In this document: positions 1 through 8,253 of the stretch, piece by piece
Position numbering within the stretch: the stretch's first letter is position 1
Layout of the letters: each line of letters begins with the position of its first letter
IMG/VR virus record: IMGVR_UViG_3300021387_000796
Span: 32,001-96,000 of that record
Length of the DNA: 64,000 nucleotides
Strand: one strand, 5' to 3'
Source: a virus
Taxonomy: Duplodnaviria; Caudoviricetes
Notes under the pieces: model-generated
The model's database searches: none
What the model was told of the DNA's origin: nothing
What the model saw: only the letters and a program-made list of their open reading frames with translations
Program-made: the position numbers and the translations under genes

Positions 1-492
1 TATTCTTGGTATTGGATAAAAAATCAAGGTACGAATTTTTTTCATGCAAAACATATGCCTATAAGAAAAGTGGAAGAAATAGCAGTATTTAATGATTATT
101 TAACTTACAACGCCATCAAATCTAAAGGACACGAACCTACTAGGTCTGCTAAAAATTGTTCTAACGGAAAATGTTATTTTGGAAAAAATAAAAGAAATTA
201 TATAGGTGGTAGCACAGAAAGATTCCCAACCGATGTGTTAGAATTTAAATGTGTGAATAATTATGAAAGAAATCATCCTAATCAAAAACCTACAGACCTT
301 TTGGAATATTTGATAAAAACTTATACTTTTGAAAATGAAACAGTTTTGGACAATTGTATGGGAAGTGGTTCAACAGGAGTTGCTTGCATAAATACCAACC
401 GTAATTTCATTGGAATAGAAAAAGATGATACATATTTTGAGATTGCCAAAAATAGAATAGAAAAGGCGAAAGAAAGTTTGTTCGACATGTAG
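1..492 (+). CDS. N4/N6 DNA methyltransferase (beta class), 5' part outside the window
   Basis: HPNQKP...LLEYLIKTYT...VLDNCMGSGSTGVAC...FIGIEKD motifs. The frame is open from base 1 (YSWYWIKNQ...). Confidence 0.9.
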   Translation, partial: YSWYWIKNQGTNFFHAKHMPIRKVEEIAVFNDYLTYNAIKSKGHEPTRSAKNCSNGKCYFGKNKRNYIGGSTERFPTDVLEFKCVNNYERNHPNQKPTDLLEYLIKTYTFENETVLDNCMGSGSTGVACINTNRNFIGIEKDDTYFEIAKNRIEKAKESLFDM

Positions 493-503
493 GAGAATTT
501 TTC

Positions 504-532
504 TTGACATTTTCTATAAAATCTACTATATT
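504..532 (+). promoter_or_regulatory. Sigma70-type promoter TTGACA-N17-TATATT
   Basis: TTGACA 504-509 and TATATT 527-532, upstream of a structured leader and the 615 ORF. Confidence 0.75.
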
Positions 533-543
533 ATATGTAAGAA

Positions 544-623
544 GTAATCCGTAAGTTCCGCTAAAACCTATGGTGCATTTCTTAGCGGAACTTAGTGCAT
601 TGTAGGAGGAATTTATGGATTAT
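544..623 (+). promoter_or_regulatory. Bistable RNA leader that can sequester the RBS/start of the endonuclease gene
   Basis: 544-559 pairs with 608-623 (16 bp, 3 GU) and 567-579 pairs with 594-606. An alternative perfect 13-bp helix forms between 552-564 and 582-594. Confidence 0.65.
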
Positions 624-1823
624 ATCTCTGTTAAAAAACTTTCAGAAAAATACAAAATTGATTTCTATCAGTTTATTTCTTATCTTGAATTTTTGAACAT
701 TCCTATTGAAATCGAAAATAATGCTAAATGTGTTCTCATTGAGAATATTCCTATTATTGAAAAATTTGTTTCTACTTATACAACGAATCAGATAAAATAT
801 ATTAAATCACATAATATTAAAAATTTTTACGAAGGTACTCTTCTTTTAGATTTGCTTAAAAAATATAATCTAAATGAAAAACAATTTAGAATAAAATGCG
901 AACATGTTAATCTTGAATTCAAATATGTTTATTCTAATGAAGAATGTGAAAGATTTGATGAATTTATGAAAAGTATCTCAACGTTTAATCGTGCGGAATT
1001 AAGAGATTTGAAATATACTAAAGATGGTTGGATTCCATTAAGAAATATTATTGATAAACTTGGTAAAAAATATGATTTTTGTGAAAATACTGCGTTAGCG
1101 ATTCTTGAACATCTAGGAATTAAAGTTTATAAACCATCTCATCAATTTGCTTTCATTAATGAAGAGCAGAAAGAAAAATTTGAAGATTTTCTTAAAGGAT
1201 TTGGTTCGGCAAAAGAAAGAAAATTATTTTTTCAAGAACAAACTTGTATGAAAAAATATGGAGTTGATAATCCTTCTCGTTCTAATGAAGCGAGAAACAA
1301 GATTTCTGAAAAAGTAAAAGAATCTTGTACTGATGAAAGACAAAAGAAAATAGAAGAAACCAAATTAAAGAAATATGGTAAACGTTCAATTACTGATTCA
1401 GAAAAATCAATGAAAAGTAGAATTGAAAATCACGGAACTTTATCAGTAACGCATCAATATATGTTTGAGAAATTAGAATTTCATAGTTCATGGGAAGTTT
1501 ATTTTTATATTTATAATAAATATATTCTTAAAAATAATATAACTAAAGGCAAGATTTTTGAATATAAATATAATGGTAATATTCATCGTTATGAATGTGA
1601 TTTCTTAGTAAATGGTGAAAATATTGAAATTAAAGGTGGACAATTGTTAGATGAAGATGGAAATCTTAAACAAATGAAAAATCGTGAATGGGATATGTGT
1701 AAACAAAAATGTATGGAAGAAAATAATGTGAAACTCATTATAAAGAAAGATATAATTAAAATTATGAAAATTGTAGATGAAAAATATGGTAAAAATTATG
1801 TAGAACAGTTTAAAACAAGATGA
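615..1823 (+). CDS. Putative free-standing homing endonuclease (KYGVDNP-type repeats + C-terminal PD-(D/E)XK domain)
   Basis: TCMKKYGVDNPS repeat; C-terminal FHSSWE...YECDFLVNGENIEIKG. Confidence 0.65.
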   Translation: MDYISVKKLSEKYKIDFYQFISYLEFLNIPIEIENNAKCVLIENIPIIEKFVSTYTTNQIKYIKSHNIKNFYEGTLLLDLLKKYNLNEKQFRIKCEHVNLEFKYVYSNEECERFDEFMKSISTFNRAELRDLKYTKDGWIPLRNIIDKLGKKYDFCENTALAILEHLGIKVYKPSHQFAFINEEQKEKFEDFLKGFGSAKERKLFFQEQTCMKKYGVDNPSRSNEARNKISEKVKESCTDERQKKIEETKLKKYGKRSITDSEKSMKSRIENHGTLSVTHQYMFEKLEFHSSWEVYFYIYNKYILKNNITKGKIFEYKYNGNIHRYECDFLVNGENIEIKGGQLLDEDGNLKQMKNREWDMCKQKCMEENNVKLIIKKDIIKIMKIVDEKYGKNYVEQFKTR

Positions 1824-1826
1824 TTT

Positions 1827-3158
1827 ATGGAGAAATACATGAAAATATACAACGAAACCAATGTGTTTGAAGAATCTCAGAAACGGATAGAATTTCTATT
1901 CGACCGTTATCAGAATATAATTGTACCATTCAGTGGTGGTAAGGATTCAACTGTTTGTCTAAATCTTGTTGTTGATTATGCTAGGAAACATAATCTGATT
2001 GACCGAGTTTGTATTGTACATGAAGATTTTGAAGCACAGTATGATATGACTACGGAATTTGTTGATGAAACCTTCAAATCATTGTCTGATATAAAGCATA
2101 AATATTGGTTGTGTCTACCGTTCAAGGCTCAGAATTGTTGCTCGTTGGAATCGAAGGGGTTTTGGAGACCTTGGAATAAAGAACAGAGAGAAATTTGGGT
2201 AAGAGAATTACCGAACTATGATTATGTAGTTACGGAAGAAAATTGTCCGTTTAATTTTGATTATGAATGGTGGGATAAGGATTTGTTATCTGCATTTTCA
2301 AATTGGTTTTCTAGTAAATATGGAAAATCTGTGAATGCTTGTGGCATTCGAGCAGAAGAATCTTATGACCGTTACATGTTGGTTACAAGTGGTTCACATT
2401 CTTTTGACAATCACCGCATTGAAAGTGGCAACAGATGGATTGTGGAAAATGAACTTTCATCGATGTCATATCCGATTTATGATTGGATTGTAGAAGATGT
2501 ATGGGTGTACTTTGCGAAGAGTGGGAAGACATATAACAAGTTGTATGATTTGTATTATAAAGCAAGTCTTTCAGTAGACCAAATGCGTGTAGCAAGTCCA
2601 TTCAATAATCAAGCCAATGCAACATTAAAATTTTATAAGTGTATTAATCCTTCGATGTGGGGAAGAATGATTTCTCGTGTACAAGGTGCAAACTTTGTTT
2701 CCCTTTATGGTGATACAAAACTTATGGGATGGAGAGATTGTAAACTTCCGAAAAACTACACATGGAGAACTTACTGTGAATTTTTGCTGAACACTTGTAG
2801 CGAAGATGTGAAAAATCATTTTATAGAAAAGTTTACTACTAGTATAAGTTATTGGTGTAAGGGAAAAGGTGCATTCATTGACCCACAGAGCATCGATGAG
2901 ATACACGAATTTTATAAAGATATTGAAATTGAAGATTTGGGAGAAAGTTCTAGATATAAAAATAAACATCTTGTGAGGTTTAAGAATTATCCTGACGATT
3001 TAAGTTTGTGTAAGAAATGGATGGATTTACCGTCTTACAAGAGAATGTGTGTAACAATTTTGAAGAATGATTACATTTGTAAAACAATGGGATTTTCACC
3101 TAGCAAGACGGAATCAGAAAAAAGAAAAATAGCATTGGAAAAATTTAAGGAGTTGTAA
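1827..3158 (+). CDS. ibrA: PAPS-reductase-family / DUF3440 protein (IbrA-like)
   Basis: FSGGKDS PP-loop, GIRAEES, YPIYDWxxEDVW, QMRVASPF, PSYKRMCVTILKND; followed by a ParB-like partner. Confidence 0.85.
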   Translation: MEKYMKIYNETNVFEESQKRIEFLFDRYQNIIVPFSGGKDSTVCLNLVVDYARKHNLIDRVCIVHEDFEAQYDMTTEFVDETFKSLSDIKHKYWLCLPFKAQNCCSLESKGFWRPWNKEQREIWVRELPNYDYVVTEENCPFNFDYEWWDKDLLSAFSNWFSSKYGKSVNACGIRAEESYDRYMLVTSGSHSFDNHRIESGNRWIVENELSSMSYPIYDWIVEDVWVYFAKSGKTYNKLYDLYYKASLSVDQMRVASPFNNQANATLKFYKCINPSMWGRMISRVQGANFVSLYGDTKLMGWRDCKLPKNYTWRTYCEFLLNTCSEDVKNHFIEKFTTSISYWCKGKGAFIDPQSIDEIHEFYKDIEIEDLGESSRYKNKHLVRFKNYPDDLSLCKKWMDLPSYKRMCVTILKNDYICKTMGFSPSKTESEKRKIALEKFKEL

Positions 3159-3160
3159 TT

Positions 3161-3787
3161 ATGGAAAAGAAAATTACGGTGAATTATGAAAATACTCATA
3201 CTTTTGAAAGATGTTGGGATTTGACAGACGAAGAAATAGAACAGATGAATAACTCTGATTATGTTTCACCGATTTATGAAGTGAAGAAAATTCCGATAGA
3301 ATTGATTAAAGCAAATAATTATAATCCAAATGCTATGGATAAAAATATCTTTGAACTTCTTCATACTTCTATGATTGAAAGTGGTTGGACGCTTCCTTGT
3401 GTTGTAGCACCAAATAACGATGAAGATAAAGACAAGCATCCCTATGTGTTGGTTGATGGTTTTCACAGAGTTTTGATTATGTCACTCTACAAGGATATTT
3501 ATATTCGTGAAAAAGGTGTAGTTCCTTGCGTAGTGTTGAATAAAGACCAAAATCGATATGACCGTATGTTTGCTACAATTTTGCATAATAGATGTAAGGG
3601 AACTCACGATATCGATATTATGTCGAATATTATTACGGAACTTGTTTCAAGTGGTCTGTCTGATTATGAGATTCAGCGAAGATTGGGAATGGATAAAGAA
3701 GAATTATTAAGATTGAAACAGTTGACAGGTCTTGCTAGTTTATTTGCTGATAAAGAATTTTCAAAAAGTTGGAAGTTTGAAGAATAG
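3161..3787 (+). CDS. ibrB: ParB/Srx-like nuclease domain protein (IbrB-like)
   Basis: IKANNYNPNAM, LVDGFHR, ATILHNRCKGTH, LGMDKEELLRLKQLTGLASLF. Confidence 0.85.
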   Translation: MEKKITVNYENTHTFERCWDLTDEEIEQMNNSDYVSPIYEVKKIPIELIKANNYNPNAMDKNIFELLHTSMIESGWTLPCVVAPNNDEDKDKHPYVLVDGFHRVLIMSLYKDIYIREKGVVPCVVLNKDQNRYDRMFATILHNRCKGTHDIDIMSNIITELVSSGLSDYEIQRRLGMDKEELLRLKQLTGLASLFADKEFSKSWKFEE

Positions 3788-3796
3788 GAGAAAGTT

Positions 3797-4270
3797 ATGA
3801 ATGAAATTAATTACATTACATTGAAAAGACACGGTTGGACAGATAAATTGATTGAAAAATTTAATCTTCATCCAACATCATATGATATAAAAAGTCATAA
3901 ACCTAAATTCGATAATTCTATTGTTATGAAAATTGAATCTTCGCAAGAATTTAGAAATGAATTGATTAAAATTCAGAAAGAGAAAAATTTGAAGAAAACT
4001 GTTCCACAATTAAAGAAAATATTTCGAGAAATGCTTTTCGATAAGATTGAAAATGATAAATTTTTTGGATTAAAATGTCTTTACCATGACCCAAAAAGTG
4101 AAAATGAAAAGTATGCTAAAAATTATATTAAAGAAATGAACAAACACTTTGAATTGTTCCGTGTCGAATGGTGTACTAAAATAAAACAATGTGGAACTGT
4201 CGAAGAATTATCGTTGTTGGCAAAAGAAATGGATAATTTGTATGGAGAACATTTTTCAGATTATTTGTGA
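3797..4270 (+). CDS. Hypothetical protein
   Basis: ORF with AGGAG RBS continuing the operon. Confidence 0.6.
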   Translation: MNEINYITLKRHGWTDKLIEKFNLHPTSYDIKSHKPKFDNSIVMKIESSQEFRNELIKIQKEKNLKKTVPQLKKIFREMLFDKIENDKFFGLKCLYHDPKSENEKYAKNYIKEMNKHFELFRVEWCTKIKQCGTVEELSLLAKEMDNLYGEHFSDYL

Positions 4271-4346
4271 TTTGTTGACATTCCATTTAATTCTATCTTA
4301 CTTTGTTTATGATTTGTTTTGTCCTAATTTTGTTAATGATGAAAGT

Positions 4347-4378
4347 AAAAATACCCTAGAAAATCTAGGGTATTTTTT
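4347..4378. terminator. Bidirectional intrinsic terminator
   Basis: aaaaATACCCTAGA-aaa-TCTAGGGTATttttt between convergent genes. Confidence 0.8.
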
Positions 4379-4412
4379 ATCTATTTATATCTTGTTAGAT
4401 TTCAAGTTAGAC

Positions 4413-5966
4413 TTACGAATTTGCAGTGAGGTTTTCAAGAGTAACCACAGTAGCGAAGTGTTTGTTGTTAATTTTGCTATCAGCATAAACACCCAAGCCC
4501 ATCTGTGAATTAAAATTCTTAAGTTCAACTGGGTTTGTAGTGATACCTGTTCCGTAAGTTCCGATTGATACAGGTGCATCAACATTCTTGCTTTCTGTAC
4601 TCTTACCGAAGAGATAGAGTTTGCCTTCATTAGCACCGTTACCGATGATTGATTTAGGAGCCATATAAACTCCACGACCATCGATATCACCTACCTTGAA
4701 GATACCAACTTTGCTTGTAGGTTTAACACCAACAAACTTGTTGTGCTTTGTAAGGTAAGAATAAGATGTTGAATCACAAACGATGTTTGTTTCATCAGCA
4801 AGACGACCAATTGCATCATATGGGAGGTTTTCACCATTGATGATTGCAGAAATTACTGACTGTGCGTGAGCGTAAGAAGAGTCAGCACCAGCAGTTGCGA
4901 AGTCTGTATCAAATGTTACAGGAGCGTGCCATGTAGAAGCCTTGATACCCTTTGCAATACATCTTTCATCGAATGCTTTACGGAATTCGTCACCTGCACC
5001 TGCAATAAGCATATCTTTAGCAGAAAGTCCGAGTTTTGAATTCATCAAATCTTCAGAGAAACGTGTCCATTCTACTTCGAGTGGGTAAAGAATAGCAGAG
5101 AACTGATATTCAACCAAGTTCAAGAGAACAGAACCTGTTCTTGGGAAGAGGGCAGGGTCTTCGAAATCATAAGCGTACTGTACTGTAACTTCAGCACTAG
5201 CACCACCACTTACTGCACTTGCAAATACTACAGAAATAGCACCACTTGTGTAGTTTACAGTTGAAGGAGTTGATGTATCAAGAGTAGCACCAACAAGAAC
5301 ACCACTACCATTATCAGTTGCTACTTGTGTACCATCAAGGAATACAGATACCTTGAAAGGAATAAGTGGAGCATAAGAAAGTGTAGCAGTCCATGTTACA
5401 CCTGCATCAGCAGAAGTAAGTGTTTCTTGCTCGAATGTAGAAGGATAACGACCTTCGCCGTAGTTTTCATAAACTACATTGCCTTCTGTTGCACCACGAG
5501 CAGTTGAACCGTAAGTTGTTTCCAACTTGTAAAGGCTATCTTTCATTGATGACATACCCCAAACATCAAATACATCTTGTGCGATTGAGTTTGTGTAAGC
5601 AATACGAGAAATCTTTACGATATCGGTTGGCAACATGAGAGCCATTGTTCCACCAGTCTGCATTGCTTCTTTCATCTGACCTTCTGTCATTGATTTGATA
5701 GCCTGCTCTTGGAGAACATTCTGTGCGATTGTAGGATTTCTACGAGCCTGAATTTCAGAGTTCTCAAGGAACAAAATAAGATTTTCAGCCTTTTTAGCAT
5801 CCTTCTCGAACATCTCTTCAAGTTTACCCTTTCCGAGTGCGAGACCCTTTGATTTTGAATATTTTTCCTTCAGTTTAAGGATTTTATTCTCTCTTTCTGA
5901 GAGTTTTTCATTGTAAATTGAACGAGCCTTATCTTCGCTCATTCTCATAACTTTTCCGAAACCCAT
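4413..5966 (-). CDS. Major capsid protein (T4 gp23-like / jumbo-phage type) with an inserted beta-rich domain
   Basis: ~517 aa; charged N-terminal propeptide-like region; ...LEVEWTRFSEDLMNSKLGLSAKDMLIAGAGDEF... gp23-like segment; highly expressed codon usage. Start chosen at ATG 5966 after SD AAGGTG (track start 5987). Confidence 0.75.
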   Translation of the reverse strand: MGFGKVMRMSEDKARSIYNEKLSERENKILKLKEKYSKSKGLALGKGKLEEMFEKDAKKAENLILFLENSEIQARRNPTIAQNVLQEQAIKSMTEGQMKEAMQTGGTMALMLPTDIVKISRIAYTNSIAQDVFDVWGMSSMKDSLYKLETTYGSTARGATEGNVVYENYGEGRYPSTFEQETLTSADAGVTWTATLSYAPLIPFKVSVFLDGTQVATDNGSGVLVGATLDTSTPSTVNYTSGAISVVFASAVSGGASAEVTVQYAYDFEDPALFPRTGSVLLNLVEYQFSAILYPLEVEWTRFSEDLMNSKLGLSAKDMLIAGAGDEFRKAFDERCIAKGIKASTWHAPVTFDTDFATAGADSSYAHAQSVISAIINGENLPYDAIGRLADETNIVCDSTSYSYLTKHNKFVGVKPTSKVGIFKVGDIDGRGVYMAPKSIIGNGANEGKLYLFGKSTESKNVDAPVSIGTYGTGITTNPVELKNFNSQMGLGVYADSKINNKHFATVVTLENLTANS

Positions 5967-6242
5967 AGTTTTCACCTTTTGTTTCATCGATTGAGGTTTT
6001 TAGTTTGCTTTACACGAAAGAATTACTAAAATACCTATAAGATATATAGTTATCGGCATGAACAAAAGATTTCTAACAAATTCTAAAAAATCTCACTGAT
6101 ACATTTTTAAAAATCAAAGCATATAATTTCGACTTCGTATCAACCGCACCTCATATAAAAATCTTGACGGTTTATTGCCAATTAAACTTTTCTTTATAAT
6201 AAATAGTTAATATTTTTTATTAACATCCAACATAATAAATAG

Positions 6243-6551
6243 TTAATATTTTTTAACTTTTACATTTAAATTAGAAGCATCTTTAATTAAATTTAAAATA
6301 TATTGATAATCTTCATCAGTTCCATTGTCTATTTTAAATTCTATATAATCTCCGTTTTTATTTGATACTATAATTTCGATATCATCTTCATAGCCATCAA
6401 TAAAACCTATTTTAGAAAATGATAAAAATTTATCAGCAATTTCTAATGTATCAAGAAGAGCATTTTCGCCAAAAATTTCATAATTTTTTAAACCTCGCAT
6501 AAAAGGTTCTAAATCTCCGCCAAAACCCACACTTGTTATTTTAAATCTCAT
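6243..6551 (-). CDS. Hypothetical protein
   Basis: ORF with GAGG RBS and upstream TAACTAT motif. Confidence 0.55.
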   Translation of the reverse strand: MRFKITSVGFGGDLEPFMRGLKNYEIFGENALLDTLEIADKFLSFSKIGFIDGYEDDIEIIVSNKNGDYIEFKIDNGTDEDYQYILNLIKDASNLNVKVKKY

Positions 6552-6600
6552 AATGTACCTCTTTTAATAAAAATTAATTGTTTTATAAGATAGTTAAAAT

Positions 6601-6633
6601 AAAAAGACCTAGATGATTTTTATAGGTCTTTTT
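6601..6633. terminator. Intrinsic terminator-like hairpin
   Basis: AAAAAGACCTA...TAGGTCTTTTT. Confidence 0.6.
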
Positions 6634-6669
6634 ATTTTAATTTGGTTTGTATTTCACTTTAATTGTACC

Positions 6670-6847
6670 ACCTTATTTATATATTGAATAAAAAGAGATT
6701 TCATAAAAACGGATTTAGAAAAGACAAATTAAAAAAATACTTGATAAAGGAAAGATTAAAATATATTCTCATAATATGATTGAATTGGAAATATGCCGAC
6801 AGAACTGCGTTTACGATTGCGGTACTGTGAAAATGGAATATAAATAG
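6670..6847 (+). pseudogene. Frameshifted 3' remnant of a homing endonuclease gene related to 8254..10335
   Basis: Two frames give YILNKKRFHKNGFRKDKLKK and KKILDKGKIKIYSHNMIELEICRQNCVYDCGTVKMEYK*, aligning with YIVNGKRIHKSNFRKDKIKKMFERGGLEFYDSDKTEHEIMKKNKIYRIYDCGTMKVIYE. Confidence 0.75.
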
Positions 6848-6856
6848 GAGAATAAT

Positions 6857-8068
6857 ATGATTGAAATTAAAGGAAAATATAACAATGCTAAAGTTTTCGT
6901 AGATGATTATGACAAGTTGGAAGAAGCATGTTATAAACAGATTTTGAATTTGTTGAATCAGAAATTTTCAGAAGGTTCACAAATCAGAATTATGGAAGAT
7001 TGTCATGCAGGAAGTGGATGTGTAATTGGTTTTACTCAAACAATTGTTAATAAAATTGTTCCAAATTTGGTTGGAGTAGATATTGGTTGTGGAATGCAAG
7101 TTCTTAAAATATCTAAAGATTTTCATTTTGATTTAAAAAACTTGGATAAAGTATGGCGAGCGAACATTCCTATGGGAATGGCACACAGAAGTACAAAACA
7201 TAAATTCTGCGAAAATATAAATCTCGATAATATTATTACACCAATTAACAAAGAAAAAGAATTACTTGCTCTTGGCTCATTAGGTGGAGGAAATCATTTT
7301 GGCGAATTAGATATCGATAAAGAAGGGAATTATTATCTTGTAATTCATAGCGGTTCTCGACATTTAGGAATTGAAGTTTGTAAATATTGGCAGAATAAAG
7401 CAATTGAATATCATAAAAATCACATCAAGGAAAAAACTGAAATCATTGAACGACTTAAGAGAGAAGGTCGTGAAAAAGAAATTCAGTCTGAACTTGATAA
7501 ACTAGAATTTGAAAAAGTTCCAAATGAACTTGCATATCTTGAAGGTGAAGATTTGAAAGGATATTTACATGATATGGAAATTGCACAAAATTTTGCTTAT
7601 TGGTCAAGAAAGGCTATGCAAGATGAAATTTGTAAAGCATTGAATATTAAGAAGAAACATATTCTTGATGAATTCTGTACAGTTCATAATTATGTAGATA
7701 TTAAAAATAAGATTATTCGTAAAGGTTCTATCTCAGCATACAAAGATGAAATTGCAATTATTCCTATGAACATGGCTGACGGTTCTTTAATTGTAAAAGG
7801 TAAAGGAAACGAAGATAGAAATTGTTCTGCTCCTCATGGTGCAGGTCGTCTTATGTCACGTTCTATGGCTAAAGAATCTCTTAAAATGGAAGATTTCAAG
7901 AAGTCAATGAAAGATGTTTACACAACTTCTGTTTGTGTAGGAACTATAGATGAATCACCTATGGCTTACAAACCTATGGAACAGATTCTTGAAACTATTG
8001 GAGATACTTGTGAAGTTTTGAAAATTATAAAGCCGATTTGGAATGTAAAGGCGAACGATGGAGAATAA
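6857..8068 (+). CDS. rtcB: RtcB family RNA ligase
   Basis: DCHAGSGCVIG, VGVDIGCG, GSLGGGNHF, IHSGSR, HNY, RKG, SAPHGAGR, DESPMAYK. Confidence 0.95.
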   Translation: MIEIKGKYNNAKVFVDDYDKLEEACYKQILNLLNQKFSEGSQIRIMEDCHAGSGCVIGFTQTIVNKIVPNLVGVDIGCGMQVLKISKDFHFDLKNLDKVWRANIPMGMAHRSTKHKFCENINLDNIITPINKEKELLALGSLGGGNHFGELDIDKEGNYYLVIHSGSRHLGIEVCKYWQNKAIEYHKNHIKEKTEIIERLKREGREKEIQSELDKLEFEKVPNELAYLEGEDLKGYLHDMEIAQNFAYWSRKAMQDEICKALNIKKKHILDEFCTVHNYVDIKNKIIRKGSISAYKDEIAIIPMNMADGSLIVKGKGNEDRNCSAPHGAGRLMSRSMAKESLKMEDFKKSMKDVYTTSVCVGTIDESPMAYKPMEQILETIGDTCEVLKIIKPIWNVKANDGE

Positions 8069-8140
8069 ATTTTTAATTATTTCTCTTTAAATTTATGATT
8101 TTTTACTTGATTAAATATTTAGAATTTATTATATTTAATT

Positions 8141-8253
8141 GTGAGAGGACAGTATGCTACCAACATATTGATTTCATATTCCTTTATGAAATCTAACTCT
8201 TAACTATTTATGTTGTCATTGGTAGTGACATAAAAGTTAAAACATTTAAGGAA
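8141..8253 (+). ncRNA. Dual-loop structured RNA/leader cassette (element B)
   Basis: Promoter TTGATT-N17-TATATT (8107-8135). Loop CTACCAA (8157-8163) is complementary to downstream loop TTGGTAG (8219-8225). Loop TTCCTT (8179-8184) is complementary to AAGGAA (8248-8253). TAACTAT at 8201. Confidence 0.6.
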
